NCBI GenBank assembly: GCA_963823925.1
Contig: CAWGNI010000007.1
Span: forward strand, 219,333 to 283,332
Reading direction: 5' to 3'
Length of the DNA: 64,000 nt
DNA from: an uncultured Chloroflexia bacterium
GTDB taxonomy: Bacteria > Chloroflexota > Limnocylindria > Limnocylindrales > CSP1-4
Under the pieces are notes generated by a model. It saw nothing but the letters and a program-made list of their open reading frames with translations. It was not told where the DNA came from and made no database searches. Made by a program: the position numbers and the translations under genes. Of this stretch, positions 21,254-31,562 are shown in pieces (position 1 is the stretch's first letter; each line of letters begins with the position of its first letter).

Positions 21254-23543
21254 TTGCGAAGATCAGCCGTCGCCCTCGTCATCACCCTGGTCGCCATGCT
21301 CGGCATCGTCGTGCCGTCAGCGTCGGCGGCCGTCTCGCCGTCCGGCCAGCCGAAGGTCGTCATCATCGTCGGGGCCACCCATGGCGCGACGGCCGGGTAT
21401 CGGGCCGATGCCGACCGCGCCTACGCGGAGGCGATCAAGTACACCTCCGACGTCACGAAGGTCTACAGCCCGAATGCCACGTGGGCCAAGGTCAAGGCGG
21501 CGGTCGTCGGCGCATCGGTCGTCATCTACATGGGCCATGGGAACGGCTGGCCAAGCCCGTACACCTATGACCCCAACTACACGACCAAGGATGGCTTCGG
21601 GCTGAACGCGACGGCCGGCAACGGCGACTACAACAACAAGTACTACGGCGAGCCGTATGTCGCCAAGCTCGACCTTGCGCCCGGGGCGATCATCCTGCTT
21701 CACCACCTCTGCTACGCGTCCGGCAATTCCGAACCGGGCGACGCGGAGCCGAGTTTGTCGGTCGCTCGCAAGCGCGCCGACAACTACGCCGCTGGGTTCC
21801 TGAAGGCGGGTGCCGCCGCCGTCATCGCCGATGGGCACTCGGGCGCCGAGCCCTACCTGCGGGCCTTGTTCACGACCCACCAGACCCTCGAGTCGATGTG
21901 GCGGACGATGCCCGACCAGAATGGTCACGTCACGACGTTCGCCTCGAGCCGGACGCCCGGCGCGACCGTCTTCCAGGACCCGAACACGCCCACCACCGGC
22001 TACTACCGATCCCTGGCGGTCAGCTCGACGAGCGTCACCACCGACGAGGTCGTCTCCGGCGGGATCGGAAACACGAGTGGCGATCCGGCCGAACTGCAGG
22101 TCCCCGGCAACGCCGCTGTCGCCACCGACGGCGCCGCCCTGTTCAGCGAGGCGGGCGCCAGCGAACCAGATGGATCCCTGCCGGCAGGTACCCGCCTGCG
22201 GGTCGTCGACACGGCCGTCAACGCGACCGGGGAGGGCGGGACGTTCGCGCAGGTCGAGGGCATCGACGATCCGTCGATCAACGGGTTCGTCGCCGAGACC
22301 GACCTGACGCCACGGGACAGCACCGCGCCCGCCATCCGTTTCCTCGATCCGGGTGGCCCGTTCTCGCCCGACGGCGACGGCCAGGTCGACACCGCCGCAA
22401 TCCGGGCAAGGTTCACCGAGAGCGTCGCCTGGACACTGCAGGTCGAAGATGATCACGGGGTCGTCTTCCAGCAGACCGGCAACGGCTCGGCCGTCGGGGT
22501 GGCGTGGGACGGGCTGGTCAAGGGCGTACCCGTCGCTGACGGCGCCTACCGCGTTCGTCTGACCGGCACGGACGCGTGGGATAACGGACCGGTGGAGACG
22601 ACCGGGACCGTGCGCGTCGATACCGTCGCGCCCACCCTGACCAGCCTGACGCCCGGGGCGTCCACGACGCAGTGGTTCTCGCCGAACGGCGACGGATCCA
22701 GGGATTCGGTCACCGTGGTCGCCACCGATCCGGAACCGGGCGCGGTCGCGGTCAAGGTTCGTGATGCCGACGGCAAGGTCGTCGACAAGTGGACCGTCAC
22801 CTACGGGTCGAGCCCGGTGTCGCTGACATGGGATGGGCGTACGACGGCCGGCGGATATGCGCCCGACGGTGCCTACACGATCAACGCGGCGCCCCAGGAT
22901 GTCGCCGGCAACACCGGCCCCACGGTCGCCCGCGACGTCCAGGTGATCGCGGCGCTGCGCTCCGTGGCGTCGAGCCGGAAGATGTTCTTCCCGCAGGATC
23001 TCGACCGATTGGCCAGGACCACCAGGCTGTCGTTCTACCTGCAGCGTCGAGATGACGGTCAACTGGGCCATCCTCGATGCGACCGGCGCGACGGTCGCCA
23101 CGCGCTTGGACGGCGTCGCACTCCCGGCCGGTGGTCAGAGTTGGACGTTCGATGGTCGAGCCACCGATGGCTCGATGCTGCCGCGGGGCCACTACACAGC
23201 CCAGGTCGTGGCGACCGATGGCACGCTGACGGCGAGCCAGGCCGTCCCCTTCGAGATGGACGCATTCGGCCTGACACTCAGCGACTCCACGCCTCGTCGT
23301 GGCCAACGGATCAGCGTCGTCGTCAAGTCGCCGGAGATCCTGTCCAGGGCCCCGCGCCTCTTCGTGTACCAGCCAGGGCGATCCCGCTGGAGCGTTCTGA
23401 CGACCAAGACCGGCAAGCACACCTACAAGGTCACCATCCGGCTCAAGTCGGGTGGATCGGCCGGGCCGGTCAGGTTCAAGGTCAAGGGCATCGATCGGTA
23501 CGGCGGCAGGCAACGGACCTGGTTCACGTACAAGCTGCACTGA
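21254..23543 (+). pseudogene. Secreted multidomain protein: clan-CD-like (His-Gly / Cys) N-domain, SH3b-like segment, FlgD-Ig-like repeats; one frame change near 23030-23050
   Basis: Signal peptide MRRSAVALVITLVAMLGIVVPSASA. VVIYMGHGNG and AIILLHHLCYASG are strand-HG / strand-C signatures. Repeated FSPDGDG/FSPNGDGSRD ...WDG...DGAYxxxL modules follow. The last module (MTVNWAILDATG...HYTAQVVATDG...) is in the frame of ORF 23052. Confidence 0.6.
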
Positions 23544-23697
23544 CCCGGGGTAGCATCAGGACCACACCGGACCAATCCTGACCGACCCGGATCGCACCGA
23601 ACTGCTCCGTACCATCCCCGACCGGGACCATCAGGCGATGGATACTCGAAGGCCCGGACACGAGGCTAGGGCAGTCCAGGATCACCGGAGGATCATC

Positions 23698-26158
23698 GTG
23701 TCATCGCTCGTCCATCGACCCGCCGCCCGACACCGCCCGACCGTCAGATCCCTGGTCGCGCTCGTCGCCGGCGTCTTCGCCCTCGTCAGCGTCGTCCCGG
23801 CCGCCGGCGTCCGTGCAGCCGATCCGCAGGCCACCGGATCATCGGCCCACGTCCGACCGACCATCCAGTACGAAGAGGCGATGGCGCACGCCGCCGACAA
23901 GATCGACTTTGCCCCGGGTGGCCGCGTTTCGATCGGATTCACGCCCCGGCGCAGTGACCGTTGGAAGGTCGGAGGCGTCAGACCGCGGGCACTCCCGGCC
24001 GGACGGTTGTCGGGCGCGAACCTCCGCCAGACCGGGACGACACGACGTCGGAGCGCTCCCCACGCTCGACCCGGCGCCATCGGTCGGCCCGATCGACACG
24101 CCGGCGATCGACCCGTCGGCCGCGATCCCGGCCGACCTTGCTGCTGCGGTCGATCCTGGCGGCCTCAAGCGAGAGGTATTCGGGTTCCTGCCGTACTGGG
24201 AGTTGAACGCCAGCTCGACCCGGCTCGACTGGGAGAACCTGTCGACCGTCGCCTACTTCGGAGTCGGTGCGGCGAAGAACGGCGACCTGCAGCGCACGAA
24301 CAGCGATGGATCCACCACGGTCGGCTGGAATGGCTGGACGAGCTCCAGGTTGACGGGGATCATCAATGCGGCCCATGCCAGCGGTGCGCGTGTCGTCCTG
24401 ACCGTCCAGAGCTTCGCCTGGTCGTCGACCGGTGCGAAGAACCAGATGACCCTGCTCGGCAGTGCTGCCAACCGCGCGAACCTGGCCCGCCAGATCGCGG
24501 CCGCCGTTCGTGATCGGGGCGCGGATGGCGTCAATCTCGACTTCGAGCCGATCGCGTCGACCTACGCGGATGAGTTCACGGCGCTGGTCAAGAGAGTCCG
24601 CACCGAGTTGGACAATGTCCATGCTGGCTACCAGCTGACGTTCGACGCGACCGGCTGGATCGGCAACTACCCGATCGAGGACGCGACCGGCTCCGACGCC
24701 GCCGACGCCGTCGTGATCATGGGCTACGACTACCGGGGAGCTTCCTCGGCGACGGTCGGATCGATCGCCCCGATCGGTGGCCCCACCTATGACGTCAGCG
24801 ACACGGTGCGCGCCTACCTTGCTCGTATCCCAGCATCAAGGATCATCCTCGGGGTGCCGTACTACGGCCGGGCGTGGTCGACCAAGACCACGGACCTCGG
24901 CTCGAAGAACATCTCGGGGACCAAGTACGGCGCTTCGGCATCGGTCGTCTACACCACCGCCCATACGTACGCGAAGAACCACGGGCAGCTGTGGGATCCC
25001 GTGGAGGGTGTGGCGTGGACCGTCTACCATCGCCAGAACTGCACGGCGGCCTACGGCTGCGTGAACCCGTGGCGCCAGATCTATTTCGACAGTGCCAAGG
25101 CGCTCCGCCTCAAGTACGACCTGATCAATCAGAACAAGCTCCGCGGCGTCGCGATCTGGGCGCTTGGCTATGACGGGACCCGGACCGAGCTCTACCAGGC
25201 CCTCAAGGACAAGTTCATCACCGACACGATCCCGCCGGTGATCAGCAGTTCGTCGATCAGCACGACCCTCCTCTCCCCGAACGGCGATGGACGCCTGGAC
25301 ACGACGACGATCAGCCTGAAAGTCACCGGCCAGGTCACGTTCGGGTGGTTCGTGGAGCCCTTCTTCGACGGTATCGCCAGCTCGAAGGTCGTGTCCGGGT
25401 CGTCGTCGAGCAGTTCGGTCGCCTACACGTGGGATGGCAGGACCAGAGCAGGCGCCATCGTCCCGGACGGACCGTATCGGATCACGGTCTGGACGGCCGA
25501 CGCATCGGACAACCGGGCGAGCGTGGCCAAGGTGGTGACCGTCGACTCGCACCCTGCGACCGTCGCGACGTCGTCGTCCCACATCACGATCTCGCCGGAC
25601 GGTGACGGGCACACGGATCGGATGACGCTATCGATGTCTGCGAGCGAACCGATCACGGGCAAGGCGCGGATCCTCGACCAGGCCCGAAAGACCGTCCGGG
25701 TCTGGGTCGTCAAGAGATCGACCACAGGTCGGTGGGTCTGGGACGGGCATGACCGCACCGGCCGACGAGTGCGCGATGGCAGGTACACCTTCCGGGTCAA
25801 TGGTCTCGACGCCGCCGGCAACCGGACCGTCAAGGACATGACGGTGCGGGTCGATCGGACGATCCGCTCGGTTCGCTGGTCGGCCTCCTCGTTCAAGCCC
25901 CGGGCGGGCCAGCGAGACAAGATGACCTTCTCGCTCCTGCGCAAGGCGACGGTCACCGTCGCCATCTACCAGGGTTCGAGGCGCGTCCGGCCTGTCTGGA
26001 GCAGTCGAGCGCTGACGGCCGGGCTTCATGCCTGGACCTGGAACGGCAAGGCGTCCCACTCGTTCGTGGCTCCGGGCAGATACAAGGTCGTGATCCTCGC
26101 GACCAGTCGGATCGGTACGTCGCGGTTTGCCAGGTCTGTCGTCGTCAAGGCTCCATAG
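23698..26158 (+). pseudogene. Secreted GH18 glycoside hydrolase (YaaH/SleL-like) with C-terminal FlgD-Ig-like repeats, one frame change near 24010-24050
   Basis: GGAGGA lies before GTG 23698. The signal peptide VRSLVALVAGVFALVSVVPAAGVRA is in the frame of ORF 23638. The GH18 barrel with GADGVNLDFE, MGYDY and AIWALGYD, then SPNGDG/SPDGDG modules, are in the frame of ORF 23813. Confidence 0.8.
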
Positions 26159-26173
26159 CCTCCGTGCTACCTC

Positions 26174-26179
26174 TAGACT
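26174..26179 (+). promoter_or_regulatory. -10-like hexamer TAGACT, 7 nt before ATG 26187 (leaderless candidate)
   Basis: TANNNT hexamer, no SD. Confidence 0.3.
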
Positions 26180-26186
26180 TCGGGCG

Positions 26187-26987
26187 ATGACCGAGTCCGT
26201 CGACCCGCCCACGATGCCCCCTGGCGAACCGCTGGGTGCCGGCGTCTGGGTCGTCCTGCCGACCTATGACGAAGCCGAGAACATCCAGCCGATCACGGAG
26301 GCGATACTCGCCGCACTCCCCGCTGCGACGGTCCTTGTGGTCGATGACGACTCGCCGGACGGGACCGGCCGACTGGCCGATGGGCTCGCCAGCTCCGACC
26401 CTCGCATCCAGGTCCGTCACCGAACGCTCAAGCAGGGCCTCGGTCGCGCCTACCTCGACGGGTTCCGGGTGGCCCTCGACGGCGGCGCGACGACGATCGT
26501 CCAGATGGACGCCGATTTCAGCCACGCCCCGGACGCCCTGCCGGCGCTCGTCGGGCCGATCGCGGACGGCACCGCCGACCTGGTCATCGGGTCCCGCTAC
26601 GCCCCGGGTGGATCAGTCGCAGACTGGGGCGTGGGCCGCCGGATCGTGTCACGAGGCGGGAGCCATGTTCGCCCGGATCGTCCTTGGCCTGCCCCAGCGC
26701 GACCTGACCGGCGGGTTCAAGGCCTGGCGGGCGACCACGCTGGCCGGCAGTTCCGTTCGACGGGGTCCATGCCGGCGGCTACGTCTTCCAGATCGAGATG
26801 ACGTTCCGGGCGAGCCGTTCGGGTGCGCGCATCCGATGAGGTCCCGATCACGTTCCGCGATCGGCGGGTCGGCCAGTCGAAGATGAGCCGCCGGATCGTC
26901 GTCGAGGCGCTCGTCGTCGTCGTCCAGCTGCGAGCCGAGGAGATCGTCGGGCGGGTCCGTCGGCTCCGCCATCGAAGCGAGTCGTGA
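26187..26987 (+). pseudogene. Polyprenol-phosphate mannosyltransferase-like GT2 (Ppm1/DPM1 type), three frame changes
   Basis: VVLPTYDEAENI...LVVDDDSPDGTG...QMDADFSH...LVIGSRY (frame 0). Then MFARIVLGLPQRDLTGGFKAWR (frame +1), VPFDGVHAGGYVFQIEMTFRASRSGARI (frame +2), and EVPITFRDRRVGQSKMSRRIVVEAL (frame 0). Frame changes lie near 26655, 26745 and 26835. Confidence 0.8.
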
Positions 26988-28304
26988 CCGGAGGGCCGCC
27001 GGGCCTGCGCCTCGGGATCGATCCTGGGCCCCGGACGCCGGGTGTCCGCGTGGTCCTCGATGTCCGGCCACTCCAGGCTCCCGAACGGGCGCCGGTCGCC
27101 GCCGCCTACCTGGATGGCCTGCTGACCGCGTACGACCGCGATCCAGCCGATGGTGAATCGTTCGTCTGGCTCCTCGCCGCCGGTCTGGCCGACCCGACGA
27201 CCAGGTTCGAGAACCTCGACGCGGCCGGCAGCCGGCAGCTTCCGCCCACCCGGTTGCTCCGGGCCGGGGCGTTGACCGTCGATCCGTTCATCCTCAGAAG
27301 CGCCGCCTTCGGCACTGCCTGGCGGGCGGACCGGCGCGGCGCTTCCGGGGCCGTCTATCACGCCGTGGGCAGCGGGCCGCTGCCGATCGCGTCCGGACTG
27401 CCGGTCGTCATCACGCTGCTCGATCTTGCGCCGTGGGAATTGCCCAAGGCGTTCGGTCGCTCGGCGGCCAATCGGTTCGGGCAGCGACTTCGCACTCGAA
27501 TGCTCCGGGAAGCGACAGCCGTGATCGTCGGCAGCGAGGCCACCGCCCTTGCCGCCAGGCGGCTCCTGCGGGTCCGCCGCGATCGACTCCATGTGATCCG
27601 ACTGGCGCCGCGGGCCGGCTTCGGTCTCCCGTCGTCCGATCCTGGACCGGAACGCGACGGGGCATTCCGCGAACGCGACGGGGCCCTCCGCGAACGCCTC
27701 GGTCTCGAGTCGCGCTACTTCATCCTGCCCGGCCGGTTCGATGCCCGCCTCGACCTTCGGACGTTCCTGTCCGCGATGGCCGATCTGGCAGCCGCGGGCC
27801 GCCCCGCGAACCTGGACCAGGGGACCGCCTGGCCACCGCGGATCCTCGTCGTCGGGGCCAGTCCGGACGACCGGGCGTCCATCGCCCGGGCCGCGGCCAG
27901 GAAGGGGATCGGCGAGTCCCTGGCCTATGCGCCCGCGCTGGCGGTCGAGGAGCTGGTCGGTCTCGTGCAGGGGGCGCGGGCGGTCGTGCTGCCGGCGATC
28001 TCCGAGGGAGCCGGGCTGCCGATCATCGAGGCACTCGCCTGTGGCGTGCCGGTCATCGCCTCGTCCGTCGGTCCGCTCCCGGAGCTCGTCGGCCCGGCCG
28101 GTCTGCTGGTCGAGCCGGCCGACCCGGCCCGCCTGGCGGTTGCCCTGGCGACACTGTGGGCCGATGACGTCGTCCATGGACGGCTCAGGGAGGTCGCCCG
28201 GGCGAGCGCGACCGAGGCCTCGTCGAACCTGGTCGGATGTCGCCGAGGAGACGCGAGCGATCTATGCGGCGGTCGGGACCGGCCAGGTCAGGCTCGACCG
28301 CTGA
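26984..28304 (+). pseudogene. GT4-family (GT-B) glycosyltransferase, one frame change near 28215-28228
   Basis: ...LPAISEGAGLPIIEALACGVPVIASSVGPLPELVG (E-x7-E region) in ORF 26984. The C-terminus RTWSDVAEETRAIYAAVG...* is in the frame of ORF 27741. GTGA overlap with the upstream gene. Confidence 0.75.
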
Positions 28305-28308
28305 GCGA

Positions 28309-29523
28309 TCAGCCCGCCGTCGGGCTGGCGCTGGGAACGGGCGTCCCGGGCGGAGTCTTCTTCCCGGCCTTGAAGGTCGCCGGGTAGCTGTACGTGTTCG
28401 TGGTCAGCACCTGGATGAACGTCTGGCCGGCGGTCAGCGTGACTTCGTCGCCGTTGCGATCGTAGAACCGGGTCAGCTTGGTCATCGAGGTCTTCTTCCA
28501 GGTCCCCTTGATGGTCACGCCGTTGGTCGAGATCCAGGCAGGCCCGCTGCCGATGACGGTCGCCTCGAGTCGATGCTTGGTCGGATGGCCGTCATTGAGC
28601 GGACCGAATGCCATCCGCATCACGATCACGTTCTTCGGCGCGATCCGTTCTCCGGTCGCGGCATCGGTCTGCTTCTTCTGCCCGGTGACCGAGCGCAGGT
28701 AGGTATTCGTGTCGCGATCGTAGGTGTACTTGATCGTGTTGTACGGATAGCTGACCGTGATCGAGCCGCCGTACGGCCGCTCGTCCAGCGGTGCATCCGC
28801 GGCGAACTTCCAGTGCGCCTTGTAGACCTTGTCCGCCGCCCCCGCGTTCCTGCCGACGTTTCGCAGCTTCTTGCCCGTCGTGTACAGGTTGTGGGGCGCA
28901 TAGCGGGTGGTGACGCGGCGGAAGGTCCCGCTGTAGCGGAACTCGTCGACGTTGTAGACGTACTGGCCGCTGCCTTTCGCCCGGAGCGTGTCCAGCGCCT
29001 GCGGCGAGCCGCCGGAATGCGCGTAGATGGCGCGCCATTCCGCCGCCCAGGCGATGTAGTAGTAGCGCGAACTCCGGACCGGCCCGATGTCCTTGGGCAA
29101 CTCGTCCTGGAAGATCGCCATGTAGCGGGGGATCCCGCCTTCGGCCGGGGCGTGCCACACGACGGACGCGGACGACAGGCCGGATTGGGGCCGGGCGTCG
29201 ATCAGGTCGTCGATCATCACGGCGATCGGATGGCGAGCGGCGACGGCGGGCGAGACAAGGCGACCGGTGAGCGGCGCCGCGACCGTGACCGGAGTGGGGA
29301 TCGGTGTCGGGGTCGGTGTCGGGGTCGGCATCGGCGTTGCTGTCGCGGTGGCCGAGGGTTCCGCCGGCGTCGGAGCCGGGGAGCCGGACGGCGTGGCGCT
29401 GGCCTGGCCGATCGGCCCGGGGCTGGCCGACGGACCGGGTTGCCCGAAGGGCTGAGCGGTGAGCGCAACCATGAGCACGGCCGCGACGGCTACTGCGATG
29501 ACCCCAGCGGTCGTCCGAGTCAA
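28309..29523 (-). CDS. DUF3048 (YerB-like) secreted/lipoprotein
   Basis: N-terminal TM, a Pro/Thr-rich linker, then IAVMIDDLIDARPQSGLSSASVVWHAPAEGGIPRYMAIF...YYYIAWAAEW..., as expected for DUF3048 N- and C-domains. Intact frame. Confidence 0.8.
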   Translation of the reverse strand: MTRTTAGVIAVAVAAVLMVALTAQPFGQPGPSASPGPIGQASATPSGSPAPTPAEPSATATATPMPTPTPTPTPIPTPVTVAAPLTGRLVSPAVAARHPIAVMIDDLIDARPQSGLSSASVVWHAPAEGGIPRYMAIFQDELPKDIGPVRSSRYYYIAWAAEWRAIYAHSGGSPQALDTLRAKGSGQYVYNVDEFRYSGTFRRVTTRYAPHNLYTTGKKLRNVGRNAGAADKVYKAHWKFAADAPLDERPYGGSITVSYPYNTIKYTYDRDTNTYLRSVTGQKKQTDAATGERIAPKNVIVMRMAFGPLNDGHPTKHRLEATVIGSGPAWISTNGVTIKGTWKKTSMTKLTRFYDRNGDEVTLTAGQTFIQVLTTNTYSYPATFKAGKKTPPGTPVPSASPTAG

Positions 29524-29629
29524 GGTCGCTCTCCGAGCAAGGGAAATGGACGTTGCGCAGGATACACGAGGATCGACGGACGGGCGTTCCGGCCCTATTC
29601 GCGTCCAGGCGCTGATGGCGTCCAGATAG

Positions 29630-30781
29630 GTCCGTTACACCCCGGTCTGGATGCGCGGTGAGGTCCAGCCGGGCCTGAGAATGGAATGAGAGCCCTCGCT
29701 ACGCTGGTGGTGTTCAGAACATCAGCACAGGAGGACTCTCGATGCGCAAGTCTAGCGGCCAGCGCGGCCATCCCCAGGGCACCAACGCCCGCAACCGGAT
29801 GGTCGGTCGGCCGACCCGTGTGGTCCGCTCTGTGGCGCCCGATCTGAGCCGGGATGCTCGCCGCCGCCTGGCCATGCTTGACTGGCACCGCAGCCACGGT
29901 GGCAACGTCAGCCGCACCGCCCGCCACTTCGGCTACAGCCGGCCGACCGTGTACCGCTGGCTCGGTCGCTTCGAGCGGCTCCATCTCGAGACCCTCGAGG
30001 ACCGCAGCTCGGCGCCACGCCGCCGCCGACGGCCGACCTGGACGGTCGACCAGCTGCGCGCCGTCCGAGCCGTCCGCGAGACCTACCCGCGCTGGGGCAA
30101 GGACAAGCTGGTCGTGCTCCTGCGCCGCTCGGGGCTGCACCTGTCGAGCTCGATGGTCGGCCGGATCCTGACCCGGTTGCGGCGGACCGGTGAACTGCAC
30201 GAGCCGCGTCGGCGGCGGATGTCCGTCCATCAGCGCCGCTGGGCTCGACCCTATGCCATCCGCAAGCCGGCCGACTGGACGGTCGAGCGACCGGGTGACC
30301 TGGTCGAACTCGATACCCTTGACATCCGGCCGCTCAGCGACCTCATCCTCAAGCAGTTCACCGCGCGCGACGTGGTCAGCCGCTGGGACACCCTCGAACT
30401 CGGCCGACGGGCGACCGCCGCCGCGGCGGCCGAGGTGCTCGATCGGCTGGCCGAGCGGATGCCCTTCGCGGTCCGGGCCATCAGCATCGACAACGGCTCC
30501 GAGTTCATGGCCGAGTTCGAGGCCGCCTGTCAGGACCGGGCCATCCGGCTGTTCGTCCTGCCGCCTCGCTCACCCAAGCTCCATGGCGCGGTCGAGCGGG
30601 CCAACCGGACCCACACCGAGGAGTTCTACGAGGTCACCGACGTCGAGCCGGACCTGGCGTCCCTGCAGGCCGGGCTGCGTGCCTGGGAGACCGTGTACAA
30701 CACGATCCGCCCGCACCAATCGCTGGGCCAACGCACCCCGGCCGAATACCTGGCCTCCGTCGGCATCGATGTGTAACGGAC
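29630..30781 (+). mobile_element. IS481-family-like insertion sequence (single DDE/rve transposase)
   Basis: An 11-bp terminal inverted repeat: GTCCGTTACAC (29630-29640) and GTGTAACGGAC (30771-30781). It brackets one transposase gene. The exact ends and the target duplication are not resolved. Confidence 0.6.
29742..30776 (+). CDS. IS481-family-like transposase (HTH + integrase core, DDE)
   Basis: HTH ARHFGYSRPTVYRWLGRF, LEDRSSAPRRR, an rve core with DTLDI ... SIDNGSEF ... PRSPKLHGAVERANRT, and IRPHQSLG. Confidence 0.85.
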   Translation: MRKSSGQRGHPQGTNARNRMVGRPTRVVRSVAPDLSRDARRRLAMLDWHRSHGGNVSRTARHFGYSRPTVYRWLGRFERLHLETLEDRSSAPRRRRRPTWTVDQLRAVRAVRETYPRWGKDKLVVLLRRSGLHLSSSMVGRILTRLRRTGELHEPRRRRMSVHQRRWARPYAIRKPADWTVERPGDLVELDTLDIRPLSDLILKQFTARDVVSRWDTLELGRRATAAAAAEVLDRLAERMPFAVRAISIDNGSEFMAEFEAACQDRAIRLFVLPPRSPKLHGAVERANRTHTEEFYEVTDVEPDLASLQAGLRAWETVYNTIRPHQSLGQRTPAEYLASVGIDV

Positions 30782-30825
30782 GTACCGGACGAGTACACCT
30801 GCTCGCGCATCTCGCCGCGGCGCAG

Positions 30826-30831
30826 TAGGCT
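30826..30831 (+). promoter_or_regulatory. -10-like hexamer TAGGCT, 5 nt before ATG 30837 (leaderless candidate)
   Basis: TANNNT hexamer, no SD. Confidence 0.3.
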
Positions 30832-30836
30832 TCCAT

Positions 30837-31562
30837 ATGACAGATCGACCGATATCCGAGGACGATGGCTCGACGCGCGGCACGACCCCATCGGCCGCCA
30901 AGCCCCGAAAGACTGGGACTGCGCCCGCGAACGGGGCGACCGGCACGAGCAAGGCGGCAGCGACAGGAGCCCGCAGGAAGTCGACGAAGGCCGTGGCGAA
31001 GCCAGGGCCAAAGGTGGCGGCGCCCCGAGCCTCGGCCGCATCGGTGGCTTCGACAGCCGCCACGACACCCGCCGTGCCCGAGACGCCCACCGTCACGGAA
31101 GTGGTGACGCTGGAGCGCGGAGGGATCGATCTCGCCAAGGCCACCAACGTCAACGTCAGCCGCGGCGGGATCACCCAGGTCGAGGCGACCCATGTTGACG
31201 TCCGCCAGGGTGGCATCGCCTCGGTCGCCGCCCAGGATGTGGCCGTCAGTCTCGGCGGGATCGCGATCGCTCGCGGTGACACGGTCTCGACCGAGATGGG
31301 CGGCATCGCCCTCGCGATCGCCGGAAACGCCAAAGTCAGTCAGTCGTTCGTCCGCGCGATGTTCACGCGGGAGGCCAGACTCGACCAGGTCGGCGTCTGG
31401 AATCTGATGGCAGGCAAGGTCACCTTCCAACGCAAGGGCCTTGCCGGTGTCGTCATCGCGGGCAAGGTAGATGGCGAGGTCACCGCGCTGCTCGACTGGC
31501 GAGGGGCCCTCGCGTTCGCCGGCGTCCTCGGCGTGGTCGCCGCGATCCTGCGTCGTCGCTAG
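30837..31562 (+). CDS. Repeat protein (five 15-residue GGI repeats) with basic N-tail and C-terminal TM anchor
   Basis: Lys/Ala/Pro-rich N-terminus, then GGIDLAKATNVNVSR / GGITQVEATHVDVRQ / GGIASVAAQDVAVSL / GGIAIARGDTVSTEM / GGIALAIAGNAKVSQ. The C-terminus is ALAFAGVLGVVAAILRRR. Confidence 0.6.
   Translation: MTDRPISEDDGSTRGTTPSAAKPRKTGTAPANGATGTSKAAATGARRKSTKAVAKPGPKVAAPRASAASVASTAATTPAVPETPTVTEVVTLERGGIDLAKATNVNVSRGGITQVEATHVDVRQGGIASVAAQDVAVSLGGIAIARGDTVSTEMGGIALAIAGNAKVSQSFVRAMFTREARLDQVGVWNLMAGKVTFQRKGLAGVVIAGKVDGEVTALLDWRGALAFAGVLGVVAAILRRR
31119..31343 (+). repeat. Five consecutive 45-nt coding repeats (15-aa GGI units)
   Basis: Exact 15-residue periodicity of the GGI motif, counted in the translation. 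The repeats are degenerate at the DNA level. Confidence 0.8.

Noticed and set aside
29267-29345. Microsatellite-like GGTGTCGGG / GGGGTCGG repeats.
   Set aside because: They lie inside the DUF3048 gene on the opposite strand and encode its PTPTPTPTPIPTP linker. This is a coding low-complexity repeat, not an independent element.
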